64,000 nucleotides of DNA from Hydrolagus colliei (lineage: Eukaryota), in the NCBI GenBank assembly GCA_035084275.1, contig CM068771.1:930001-994000 (forward strand), read 5' to 3'. Under the pieces are notes generated by a model. The model searched no databases, had not been told where the DNA came from, and was given only the letters and a program-made list of their open reading frames with translations. Shown piece after piece: positions 37,990-49,651 of this stretch. A program made the translations under genes and the position numbers. Positions within the stretch are counted from its first letter, which is position 1, and each line of letters begins with the position of its first letter.

Positions 37990-38800
37990 CCCTATCTGTC
38001 TGTGTGTGTCTCTCCCTGTGTGTGTGTATCTCTCCCCCTATCTGTGTGTGTGTGTCTCCCCCTATCTGTCTGTGTGTGTCTCTCCCTGTGTGTGTGTATC
38101 TCTCCCCCTGTCTGTGTGTGTGTGTCTCCCCCTATCTGTCTGTGTATGTCTCTCCCTGTGTGTAGGTATCTCTCCCCCTGTCTATCTATGAGTGTCTCCC
38201 CGTCTGTGGGTTTGTTTGTCCCCCTCCCCGTCCGTGGGTCTGTGTGTCTCCCCCTGTCTGTGGCCGGGTATCTCCCACTGTCTGTGGGTCTGTCTCTCCC
38301 CGTCTGTGGGTCTGTGTCTCCCCCTGTCTGTGGGTGTGCGAGTCTCCCTGTCTGTGTGTCCGGGTGTCTCACTGTCTCCCCCTGTCTGTGTGTATGTCTC
38401 CCCCTGTCTGTCTATCAGTCTGTCTATGTGTCTCCCCCTGTCTGTCTGTGTGTGTGTCTCCCCCTGTCTGTCTATCTGTCTGTGTGTCTAACCCTGTCTG
38501 TCTATCTGTCTGTGTGTCTCCCCCTGTCTGTCTATGTCTCCCCGTCTGTCTGTGTGTCTCCCCCTGTCTGTCTGTCTGTGTCTCCCCCTGTCTGTCTGTG
38601 TGTATCTCCCCGTCTGTGTGTATCTCCCCCTGTCTGTGTGTATCTCCCCCTGTCTGTCTGTCTGTGTCTCCCCCTGTCTGTGTGTATCTCCCCCTGTCTG
38701 TGTGTATCTCCCCCTGTCTGTCTGTGTGTATCTCCCCCTGTCTGTCTGTGTGTATCTCCCCCTGTCTGTGTGTATCTCCCCCTGTGTGTGTGTGTGTGTG
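37990..38800. repeat. (TCTCCCCCTGTCTGTG)n minisatellite between the BRD2 promoter and the ATG exon
   Basis: Seen directly in the sequence. Confidence 0.9.
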
Positions 38801-38909
38801 TCCCGGTGTCTCACTGTCTCCCCCTGGCTGTAGCTGTGGCTGCCTCTCTCTCTCTCTCTCTCTCTCTGTCCCCGGTGTCGGTACCGGATGTTGTTGCGGC
38901 GGCGGCTGA

Positions 38910-39070
38910 CAGTAAAATGGCGGCAGCCGCTCTCCCCGGCCCTTTATACCCCGCCAGGCCCCGCCCTCACACGTGATCCGCCCGCCAGTCGCCATTGGCC
39001 CGCTCTGTCGCACGTGACCGCAGCGCCTCGCCCACCACAGCCGCTGATTGGTCCCCGGAGCTGAGTCATC
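38910..39070 (-). promoter_or_regulatory. BRD2 core promoter (CpG-rich)
   Basis: In minus orientation: TGACTCA (39068-39062), CCAAT (39051-39047), CACGTG (39016-39011), CCAAT (38998-38994), CACGTG (38975-38970), GGGCGGGG (38966-38959), TATAAAG (38948-38942) and a YY1-type GCCGCCATTTT (38924-38914). Confidence 0.8.
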
Positions 39071-40989
39071 CNNNNNNNNNNNNNNNNNNNNNNNNNNNNN
39101 NNNNNNNNNNNNNNNNNNNNNNNNNNNNNNNNNNNNNNNNNNNNNNNNNNNNNNNNNNNNNNNNNNNNNNNNNNNNNNNNNNNNNNNNNNNNNNNNNNNN
39201 NNNNNNGAGGGAAGGGGAAAGAGAGAGAAGGGGGGGGNNNNNNNNNNNNNNNNNNNNNNNNNNNNNNNNNNNNNNNNNNNNNNNNNNNNNNNNNNNNNNN
39301 NNNNNNNNNNNNNNNNNNNNNNNNNNNNNNNNNNNNNNNNNNNNNNNNNNNNNNNNNNNNNNNNNNNNNNNNNNNNNNNNNNNNNNNNNNNNNNNNNNNN
39401 NNNNNNNNNNNNNNNNNNNNNNNNNNNNNNNNNNNNNNNNNNNNNNNNNNNNNNNNNNNNNNNNNNNNNNNNNNNNNNNNNNNNNNNNNNNNNNNNNNNN
39501 NNNNNNNNNNNNNNNNNNNNNNNNNNNNNGAGAGAGGAGAGAGAAGGGGGAGAGAAACGGGAGGAGAGAGAGAAGGGGGAGAGGAGCAAAGGGGAGAGAG
39601 AGAATGGGGAAGAGAGAGAGAGAGAGAAGTGGGGAGTAAGTGAGAGAGGGAAGGGAGAGTGAGAGAGAGAGAAGAGGGGAGAGAGAGAGAGGAAATGGGG
39701 GAGAGGGAGAGAGAGAGAGAAGGGGGAGAGAGGGTGGGAGAGAAGGCGAGAGGGAATGAAAGAGAGGGAGGGGGAAGGAGAATCAGAGAGAGGGGGGGGG
39801 GGGCGGGGGGAGGGAGAGACCTTGAGAGAGTGAGTGAGTGAGAGAGAGGGAAGGGGAGATATTTAGAGAAAGGGGGATAGAGGAGTGTGAGAGACCTAGA
39901 CAGAGAGCGTGAGAGGCGGAGGAGACAGATGGTGGGGCTGAGGAGAGAGAGAGAGAGAGACAAGAACAACATCACATTTATTATAGAGCGCTTTCACGTC
40001 TGGAGGAAGTCTTCACGCACTGAATTGGGTGGACAGAGATGGAGTGAGGGTGGGCGACGGGGGTGGAGAAAGAAGGGGAGGGGTAGGGGAGAGAGGGAGA
40101 GTGTGTGAGGGAGGAGGGAAGGAGAGAGCGTGGGGCGAGACTAGAGAGAGGGGTGGAGGAGTCAGAGATAGAGAAACAGTGTGAGAAGGAGAGTGTGACA
40201 GAGAGAGAGAGAGCGAGCTAGTGTGTTAAACAGAGTGCCTTGAGTTGTCCTTCAGACGTGAAAGGCAGGGAGGGAGAGAGACATGTGTAATTTGTTGTTG
40301 AGTGTGGGAGGGTTGGAGAGTGTGAGAGACACAGAGAGGGAGGGAGGAGAGTGTGCGGCAGAGGGAGAGAGAGTGGGGGAGATTGAGAAAGGAGGGAGAG
40401 ACGGGCAGAGAAGGGATGTGAGAGGGAGACTAGAGTGTGAGATGAAGGGAGGGAGAGACATAGAGTTTCATGAGAGTGAGGGGGGAGTGTGAGAGGCAGA
40501 GAGATGGAGACACAGACGGAGAGGGGGAGTGTATCGGGCCCAGAGAGAGTGAAGGACGGCGAGAAACAGTGTGACGCACTGTGAGAGAAGGAGTGAGGGA
40601 GAGAGAGAGAGAGACACACAGAGAGGGAGAGTGATACACAGGGAGAGTGTGTGAGAGAGACACAGAGGGAGGGACGGACAGAGAGAGAGAGTGATGGAGG
40701 GAGGGGGACAGAGTGAATCAGAGGGAAAGAGTGAGGGAGACCGAGTGAGTTAGGGTTGTCACAGAGAGGAGAGAAAGTGAGTCTGAGAGAATGAGAGAGG
40801 CACAGAGAGACACGCACTTATGCACACAGAGAAATATAGTACACACACACACACACATAGAGAGAGAGGGGGATGGACACACACATACAGCAGAGAGATG
40901 GAGAGAGGTCTACAGTGTATACAAACAAGAGAGAGAGACACAGTGTAAATATACACACACACAGACCGAAGAGGAAGAGAGAGAGAGAG

Positions 40990-41430
40990 AGAATGCAATA
41001 TTACATTTGCACAAGTCAGAGATTTGGGGGCAGTGGAGGGGAGAGCGGTCAAAGAAGAGGGTCTTGAAGGAGGAAAGGGAGGTGGTGAGGCAAAGCGAAT
41101 GTGGATGGATTTCAGAGGGTGCGGAGGCGTTGGCGCGAGCCAATCAAGGAGGACCTCAGTGTTGCTAATATTCAGCTGTAGAAAGTTGTCTCTCATCTGT
41201 GGACTTGATGTCTGACCAGACAGTCTTGTCAGGACGCTGGTTGTCCTGGAGTTGAGGGTGGGGCAGAGAGGTGTCATCCGCATACAGGTGGAAATTGACC
41301 CCATGTCTGCGGATGATGTCACCGAGGGGGGAGCATAGAGAGGGTGAAGAGCAGGGGATCAAGGACAGAGCCCTGAGGAACCCACAAGAGACAGTGCGGG
41401 GGCCGGAAGAGAAATCGTTGGCCGACACGA
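40990..41430 (-). mobile_element. L2 LINE RT fragment
   Basis: PLGDIIRRHGVNFHLYADDT (L2 RT YADD motif) and NFLQLNISNTEVL. Confidence 0.8.
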
Positions 41431-41759
41431 AGGGGGAGACGGTGTGAGAGGTAGGACTAGAGCCAGTCAAGGACAGAACCTCGAGGTTGAGGTTGAGAGG
41501 ATCGAGTGGGGTCCACTGCGTCAAAGGCGGAGGAGAGGACGAGGAGGCGGAGGGAGACCCCTGGTCACAGACGGACAACATGTCGTTTTGTGACCTTGAC
41601 CAGAGGCCCTCTCTGTGCTGTCCGCGGCACGGTAACCCCATTGGAGAGGGTTTGTGGAGGGAGTGGTAGGAGAGGAAGGAGCATGAGCTGGGAAGCAACC
41701 AATCAATCAATCAAAACTTACATTTTGATTAACCAGCAAGGATTGGTTCCAGGACCTTG

Positions 41760-42460
41760 GAGAGGAGAGGGAGGTCGGGGAGGGAGAGGGAGGTCGAGGA
41801 GGAGAGGGAGGTCGGGGAGGTGAGGGAGGTCGGGGAGGAGAGGAAGGGTAGAGAGGAGAGGGAGGGTAGAGAGGAGAGGAGGTTGGGGAGGGAGAGGGAA
41901 GTTAAAGAGGAGAGGGAGGTTAGAGAGGAGAGGGAGGTTTGGGGAGGAGAGGGAGGTTAGAGAGGAGAGGGAGGTTGGGGGGAGAAAGGGAGGTTAAAGA
42001 GGAGAGGGAGGTTAGAGAGGAGAGGAGGTTGGGGAGGAGAGGGAGGGTAGAGAGGAGAGGGAGGTCGGGGAGGAGAGGGAGGTCGGGGAGGAGAGGAAGG
42101 GTAGAGAGGAGAGGAGAGGGAGGGTAGAGAGGAGAGGGAGGTTTGGGGAGGAGAGGGAGGTTAAGAGGAGAGGGAGGTTAGAGAGGAGAGGGAGGTTGGG
42201 GAGGAGAGGGAGGTTAGAGAGGAGAGGGAGGTTGGGGAGGAGAGGGAGGTTGGGGAGGAGAGGGAGGTTAAAGAGGAGAGGGAGGTTAGAGAGGAGAGGG
42301 AGGTTGGGGAGGAGAGGAGGGTAGAGAGAAGTGGGAGGTTGGGGAGGAGAGGGAGGGTAGAGAGGAGAGAGAGGTTAGAGAGGAGAGGGAGGTTGGAGAG
42401 GAGAGGGAGGTTGGGGAGGAGAGGGAGGTTGGGGAGGAGAGGGAGGTGGAGAGAGGAGAG
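41760..42460. repeat. Purine-rich minisatellite (GGAGAGGGAGGTT[G/A]GG)n
   Basis: Seen directly in the sequence. Confidence 0.9.
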
Positions 42461-42774
42461 GAGGCAGGATTTTGCGAGCAGGAATGGGCCCGGAGAGGGT
42501 GTGTAAGGACAGGATGGTGACGGATGTTTGTTACGGTGGGTGGGGACAGTGCCAGTAAACAGGAGAGGTTGATGACAGTAGCAACTTGCGTTTATACAGG
42601 GCGCGCACACACACACACATACACGAGGCAGATATAGGGTATATACACGTGTACACACAAACACAGGAGACAGACACAGGGTATACTCACACACATACAC
42701 ATATATGAGAGACACAGTGTACATACAGACCAACACAGGAGTAGGCCATTCAGCCCTTCAAGGGTGTGTAGACA

Positions 42775-43001
42775 TTGGAGTCTGGCGATATATCGATGTA
42801 TCGGTTATATTGGTATGATATAAAACTTTTCAACTTACCTTGTCGCCAGCATTGCAAACCTCCTGGGCCTAGAGCTCGCGTACTGGAATGCACGCGCATA
42901 CACAGGTTAAAATACCCCGGCGATATCGATATATCGGTATATATCAACATGAGGCCACCGATATATCAATATCGGAAAATTTCCATATCGGCGGACCCCT
43001 A
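42775..43001. mobile_element. hAT-like MITE
   Basis: Imperfect TIRs TTGGAGTCTGGCGATAT / TAGGGGTCCGCCGATAT (13/17), flanked on both sides by the direct repeat GTAGACA (7/8 match as an 8-bp TSD). Confidence 0.65.
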
Positions 43002-43955
43002 GTAGACACACACAGTGGAGAGAGACACACATTGTGTATACAGATACGCAAACACAGGAGAGAGACACAGTGTACACACACACACACACACACACTGGAG
43101 AGAGACACAGTGTACACACACACAGAAACACAGGAGAGACACAGTGTGCACACACACAGAAACNNNNNNNNNNNNNNNNNNNNNNNNNNNNNNNNNNNNN
43201 NNNNNNNNNNNNNNNNNNNNNNNNNNNNNNNNNNNNNNNNNNNNNNNNNNNNNNNNNNNNNNNNNNNNNNNNNNNNNNNNNNNNNNNNNNNNNNNNNNNN
43301 NNNNNNNNNCGAGAACAGAAAGAGGCCATTCAGCCCTTCCAGCCTGTTCCACCATTTAATAAGATCATGGCTGATCAGTACCTCAACTAATCCTTTCAAT
43401 TCGAATTTCCCGCTTTCTCCCTTAATCCCTGACCTACCAAACATCTCTCAGCCTCACTCTTAATGGTGGTGGATGGATCCAGCATCCGCAAGGCTCTGGA
43501 GGAGAAAATTCCACATTTCCCACAGACACACAGGGAAGAGACACTGCTGTGTTTGTACACTGGATATACTGACACAACACACAAGCGAGAGTCACAGGGT
43601 ATATATAGACACACACACACACACACACAAACAAGCAAGCAAGAGTCATAGGGTATATATACCCACAGAGTAGAGAGACATGTACACACAGACAGGAGAG
43701 AGATATAAGTGTATATACAGACACACACACACTCACACACATCAGAGAGACACAGAGCGAGAGACGGTTGACTTACACAAACATACAGAGAAGAGAGACA
43801 CACGGGGAGTGAGACGCTTCGGACAGAGATGAGATGGGGGAGAGAAACTGCAAGCAGAGACAGGAGGGTGTATACATACACACATGCAGGGGAGAGAGAG
43901 TAGCAGGGGGAGAGAGAGGGATGGGTACAGCTCATAAGTCTCTTTATAGAGTGAA

Positions 43956-44816
43956 TACCGTATATCTCCGCGTATAAGGCGCACCCCCCACTTTTTACCT
44001 TTTCTTGGTGAAAAAAAAAACTGAAGCATTTTCAATGATATTGCTGGCAGAAGGGAGGAGAGACAGGTAGGTAGGGAGAGAGAGAGGCAGGCAGCCAGGG
44101 AGGGAGAGAGGGAGGGGGGAGGAAGCAGGCAGGCAGCCAGGGAGAGAGAGAGGGAGAGAGGCAGGCAGGCACGCAGACAGGGAGGGAGAGAGGCAGTCCG
44201 GCAGGCAGGAAGAGAGAGAGGGAGAGAGGCAAGGCACGCAGGCAGCCAGGGAGAGAGAGAGGGAGAGAGGCACGCAGGCAGCCAGGGAGAGAGAGAGGGA
44301 GAGAGGCAAGGCACGCAGGCAGCCAGGGAGAGAGGCACGCAGGCAGGGAGAGAGAGAGTGAGAGAGGCTGGCCGGAGGCCAGGGAGAGAGAGTGGGATAG
44401 AGACAGGCCGGCAGCCAGGGAGAGAGAGTGGGAGAGGGGCAGGCAGCCACGCAGGCAGGGAGGGAAAGAGAGGCAGGCAGGGAGGGAGGGAGGAGGGAGA
44501 GGCAGGCAGCAGGCAGGAGGGAGGTAGGCAGGGAGGGAGGCAGCTGGGTTTGGCAGAAGGCAGGCAGCAGGCACAGCACTGAAGTCCGCTGCTGTTGCCG
44601 CTGCCCGGGCGGCCGAGGCGAAGCCCCGTCACCCGCTCCTCCCAACCCCCGCCGGACACTGACCAAACCCCGGGCTGACAGCGCGCCGGCCGCCCCTCAT
44701 GTTTACTGTATTTCCGAGGCTCAACATTTCTTGTTCCTGCGTATAGGGCGCACCCCAACTTTCGAGATCTTCCGACGTGCAAAAAAAGTGCACCTTGTAC
44801 GCGGAGATATATGGTA
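43956..44816. mobile_element. Non-autonomous Tc1/mariner (pogo/Fot1-like) element with an internal minisatellite
   Basis: TIRs TACCGTATATCTCCGCGTATAAGGCGCAC / TACCATATATCTCCGCGTACAAGGTGCAC (26/29) with TA ends. A subterminal CGTATAGGGCGCAC copy is present, with no transposase ORF. Confidence 0.8.
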
Positions 44817-45879
44817 GTCACTTTGGTCTCCGAATCCCATTCAGTTTATGATACTGATCCACGCATTTGGAGACGCCCGGAAGATGGGAAAAGCGCAATA
44901 TCAAATGCAAAGACAATTATTAATTTATTGTGAGTGTTATGCATATCCAGCGCCCGATCGGGTCTTCGAGACGTCTCAAAGCGCCTCACGGGATAGACCG
45001 TAAAGTGTAGTGACTGTGTGTTTCGTGGCGGAAATTTGCAGCTAATTACGCACAGTGACGGCCCCATAAACGGTCAGGGATTGAGTGACCAAATTACTGT
45101 GCGCAATCGGCTGCCGCGTTTCGCCCACAAAATATACAGCCAAATCCACTCTGCAGTGTATCTGGTGAAGCGCTTTTGAGACGTCGAGAAGCCGCGATCA
45201 GGTTGTTGCATCCAACGCAAGGATTATTATTATTATTAGTAGTATTATTATTTCTTCAATTTATTTTTCTAAGGGTGTTGCCGCCCACAGAAAAGCCATC
45301 CCCACATCTGTGTTCCAACCTACTGCTGGTAAACGGAGACATAAGCGTCTGAGGAAACTTGCGTAAGAATCTTGCCCCTGTTCGTGCCCGGGAATCGAAC
45401 CCGGCTCCTCTGGCTTGCGAGTGCCGAGCGCTCAGCTGTAATCTCCCAGAGACACAAGAGGGCACTGCACCTACACGCAGCGAGCAGGCATCTGTGTGAC
45501 TTGATTTATTATTCGTGGAGTCTCCTGCAGGTTAGAGCAAGCCGGAGGGAGACCTGGGTTTGATTCCCAGCAGGGCGAGGGCAAGGTTCCTCACCCCACA
45601 CACACGCACGCCTCTGTTTACCAGCAGGGAGTGGGAAGCCACTCGTTAGTGGATTGTCGGATCACTCTTCTGTGGGGGGGGGGCAATCATTCCGTCCACA
45701 AAAAATTAATAGGAAATTGGTAATTTGAATCCCCAGCTGCTTGTGGAACACTGTTGTGCGCCATCGCCTGCCACTTTTCACCCGTGAAATGTACAGTCAA
45801 TTCACCTTCAAATACAGTAAATTCTACGGTGAGTTTTTGAGACCCTGTACATCAAATGCAAGGATTATTATCTCTCAAG

Positions 45880-46640
45880 CCAATCAGGAATCTGGGCGTC
45901 TTGCTCGACCCCGAGCTATCCTTCCTCCCCCACATCCGCTCCATGACCGGCACAGCCTTCCACCACCTCCGCAAGATTGCCAGACTCCTCCACTACCTCA
46001 CCCACCCCCCCCCCACACCCCCACCCCCCGCCACCGAAACCCTCGTCCCTCACGCCTTTGTCACTTCCAGGCTGGACTACAGGAACTCTCTCCTCGTCGG
46101 CCTCCCCAGCTCCTCCCTTCACCAGGCTGCAAGTCATTCAGAACTCTGCAGCTCGTGTTCTCTCCCGTACCAGGCTCCGCGACCACATCACTCCCACCCT
46201 CGCCCGTCTCCACTGACTCCCTATCACCCAGAGGATCCAATTTAAGATCCTCATCCTCATTTTCAAGGCCATTCACGGCCTTGCCCCCGCCTATCTCTCT
46301 GACCTGCTGTTCCCCTTGTCAGCCTGTGCCCACACCCTCCGTTCAGCAGACCAGGCCTGCTCCGCGTCCACTGCCCTAACCACCCAACCATCGACGGCCA
46401 GACTTTCAGCCTCTCTGCCCCCATACTGTGGGACTCCATCCCACAGCCCCTACACCTCACTTGCTCCCTTTCCTCCTTCAAATCCTTCCTCTTTGACCGC
46501 GCCTTCGGCTCCCCAACTTCCTCCTCTCCTTCCCCCTATCCCGACCCCCCCCTCGGGTCCCGACCTGACTCCTCAGCGCTTTGGGACGTCCTCCCGACGT
46601 GAAACGCGCTTTACAAGCGCAATTTTGTTGTTGTCGTTGT
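45880..46640 (+). mobile_element. L2 LINE 3' fragment
   Basis: RNLGVLLDPELSFLPHI...ETLVPHAFVTSRLDY...[11 protein letters not shown]...DHITP, followed by the L2 tail. Confidence 0.85.
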
Positions 46641-48324
46641 ACATCCGTGAATCGTTTTGAGACGCCCGGGAGCACAGGGTAAGGCGCTGTGTCAACGGCG
46701 AGGGTTAATATTACAACAACTGTTTGAGGTCTAACGTCTCTGGTTGCTGAGGGTGGGATGTGGGGCTGTGGCCGGTTGGCTGGGTTGCCAGTCGGTCAGT
46801 GGGTGGGATATTGGCTGCCCAGAGACACAGGAGGGACGACCTCGTAATAATAATAATCCTGGAGTTTGACACGGCAACTGAACGCAAGCTTCGGAGACGG
46901 CTCAAAGCTCTCACTCTTGTGAGGCTTGCACTCACACTCGCACTCACATTCGCACCCACACTCGTCGGGTCTCAAATGACCAACTACAACAACAACACAG
47001 TAACACTTATAAGTCAGGAGGACATCCCAAGGCGCTGGACAGTCACTGCTTCACACCCGAGCTGAGGACAGGTGTGGGGGAATAAGGAGTACTGATGGGT
47101 CCATCGAAGAGGAGAGACTTGAAGGAGGCCAGGAAGGGGGGGCGAGGTGGGGGGATTGCGGGAGGGAGTTCCAGAGATTGGGGGCAGAGTGGCTGAAGGC
47201 TCGGCGCCAATGGTGGGGCGGGGGAACGTGGAGCAGGCCAGAGCCCTGATGAGCGAAGGGAGGGAGGAAGTGGGCAGGTTGGTAAGGGGATGGGAGGTCA
47301 GGGATGTAGTGGGGGGGGGGGGGGGGGGGGGGGTGCGGGGGGGTTGTGGAGGGGCTTTAAATGTGACCAAGCGAGGTTTCCAGGGAGGTGGCCCTGGGCC
47401 CAATGTGACCTGCCTGGCAATAGAGTGAGTTTCCAGCCTGTCTCGGTCACGGTCTCTACTCCTGTTCCTGAGCCAGGAGGGTCCGCAGTGTATCCAGGGC
47501 TCTCTCTCTGTCTCTCTCTCTCGCTAATGACAGCACAGCCCCAGCCTGGCTCAAATAATCCCTCCGAAAACAACCACAATAATCAAAATTGGTCGTTTCG
47601 ATTCACGCCCGTCTGTGGGGAGACGCTGCTGTGCGCAATCGGCTGCCGCGTTTCACCCGCAAATATACAGTCACTTCACTTTACAGTATATTCTGTGAAG
47701 CGCTTTGAGACGTCGATAAGATGTGAAAAGCGCCACGTCAAATGCAGGGATTATTATTATTATTATTATTATCATCAGCAGGACCTGGAAGGACAGAGCA
47801 GTCACTGGGAACAGGGAATCCTCCCTCTCAGCTCTTGTTGATCCCGCAGCCGAAGCCCTAACCGACGGGGAGCGTGGTCCTGGCTGGACAAGCAGTGGGA
47901 AAGCTTGTCAGACAGTGATATCAGTGGCCGAGCTGTGTGGGGTTCAGCTGGTTAGCCTCCCACCCGCCCCCCCCACCCACCTCTTGCCAACCAGCGCCTA
48001 ATACTCTATGGAATTAGGTAAATACGGTGTGTATTTCATTATTCATTAAATATCTCTGGGATTTCCAAGTGTAGGTGGATGTGGGGAATTCTCAGTTTGG
48101 TTTGGAGACTTGTCATGGGATGTTGAGTATCAGACACCCGGCTGACCCCCCTCCCCCACCCACCGCCCCCCAAAAATGGACTGTCGGACAAGCAGCACAG
48201 GCCAAATGATCACACACACACACACACACGCAGTCACTACACTGATCACACACACACACAGTCACTACACTGATCGGTTGTCCTTGTGCGATGGTGGGTC
48301 GCGAGGGGTGTAAATGAGTGGAGC

Positions 48325-48780
48325 TGACACTGAGTCACACACAGGTATGTTTAATCAAATAGCAAGAATACAAGCACAGAACCCCCCCTCCCCAACACCA
48401 CCCTCCCCCCCCCACCCCCACCCCTCCCCACCCCCACAAGCGGGTACAGATCCCAGCCCCCTCCCTACAGTCGGCAAAACCCAACAGCCCCCAATTCCAT
48501 AGCGAGATTAAGCCCTCCCCCCCCCCCCCCCCACACACATTCAGTACAAATTATCCTTCTCCCCCCCACCCACCACCACACACATAATAACAGCGACAGT
48601 ATAGCCCCCCCCCCCCATCCCTCCTCACACCCCACGGTGTCGAGGAGGGGCTGGAGGCAGCTTGAAGTTAAAGGCATCGGGAAAGCGGTGATTAAACATT
48701 TCAGCGACGACGGAGGAGGCGGGGATTTTGGCCAAGACCCGAGCCGAGCGGTGATCAGCGTCAACAGCCAGCTCCGGCGC
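48325..48780 (-). other. B2M: Probable B2M exon 4 (3' UTR)
   Basis: Strong acceptor CTCTCCCAG at 48781 and ATTAAA at 48355-48350, followed by GT-rich sequence. A non-coding fourth exon is typical of B2M. The 3' end is inferred. Confidence 0.6.
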
Positions 48781-49620
48781 CTGGGAGAGACACAAGAGAG
48801 TCAGAGGGAGAGACACACACACACACAGAGTGAGATAGAGAGAGAGACGCACAGAGAAACGCAAGACACAGTGAGAGACACAGAGATAGAATAATAATAA
48901 TATGGAGACAAAGGGAGATACACAGAGAGACAGACACAGGGACATTCACCAGACCTCCCTCTCACCACCTCACTCAGCCATCACTTCCTCCCTCCTCTCT
49001 CCCTCAGCACCCTTCTCCGTCACTCTCTCCCACCTTCCCTCAGCTCCATGTTCTCCCACTCTCCCTTCCTTCCATCCCCTCGCACTCTCTCCATTCCTCC
49101 CACCCTCTCTCTCCCTCACCCCCTCCTCTCTCACTCCCTCCTCGCTTAATCCCTCACCCACTCCCTTCTCTCTCCTTCCCTCTCACTCCACATCGCTGCC
49201 CTCTCTCTCACCCCTTCCCTCTCTCTCCTCCCACACCCAGCCCCTCTCTCACCATATCTCTTCCCCCTTCTCCCTCGCCCTCTCACTCACCATCCTCCTC
49301 CTCCTCCTCTCCCGCCCTCTCTTGCTCAACCCCTCTCCTCACTGCCCTCTGGCTCTCCCTCCTCCCTCCCTCTCTCTCCCCCTTCTGTCACCTTCTCTCC
49401 CTCACCCCCCTCCCTACCCCCTATCTCACCTTTGTGCCTCACCCCCTCCCACAATCCCTCTCCCTCATCCTCTCAAACCCTCACCGCCCCCCTCCTCCTC
49501 CTCCCTCGCTTACCCCTCTCACTTACCCCTCGCCTTCCTCTCAGTCCCAAAGCTCCCCCTTTCTCTCAGCCCATCCCTCCCCCCTCCCTCCCCCTCTCTC
49601 CTTGCCCCCAATTTACTCAC

Positions 49621-49651
49621 CTGTGACCTGCGCATTAGTAGCTGTCCATGT
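49621..49651 (-). CDS. B2M: B2M exon 3 (DMDSY*, stop at 49637-49635, then a short 3' UTR)
   Basis: Acceptor TTGTTTTGTTATTCCCCAG, then AC ATG GAC AGC TAC TAA, then donor CAG|GTGAGT. The short stop-containing exon matches the typical B2M architecture. Confidence 0.88.

Noticed and set aside
48625-48945. ORF suggesting a coding extension of B2M via the 48780 acceptor
   Set aside because: The stop codon is already in exon 3 (49637-49635), so this exon would be 3' UTR. The translation has no recognisable motif.
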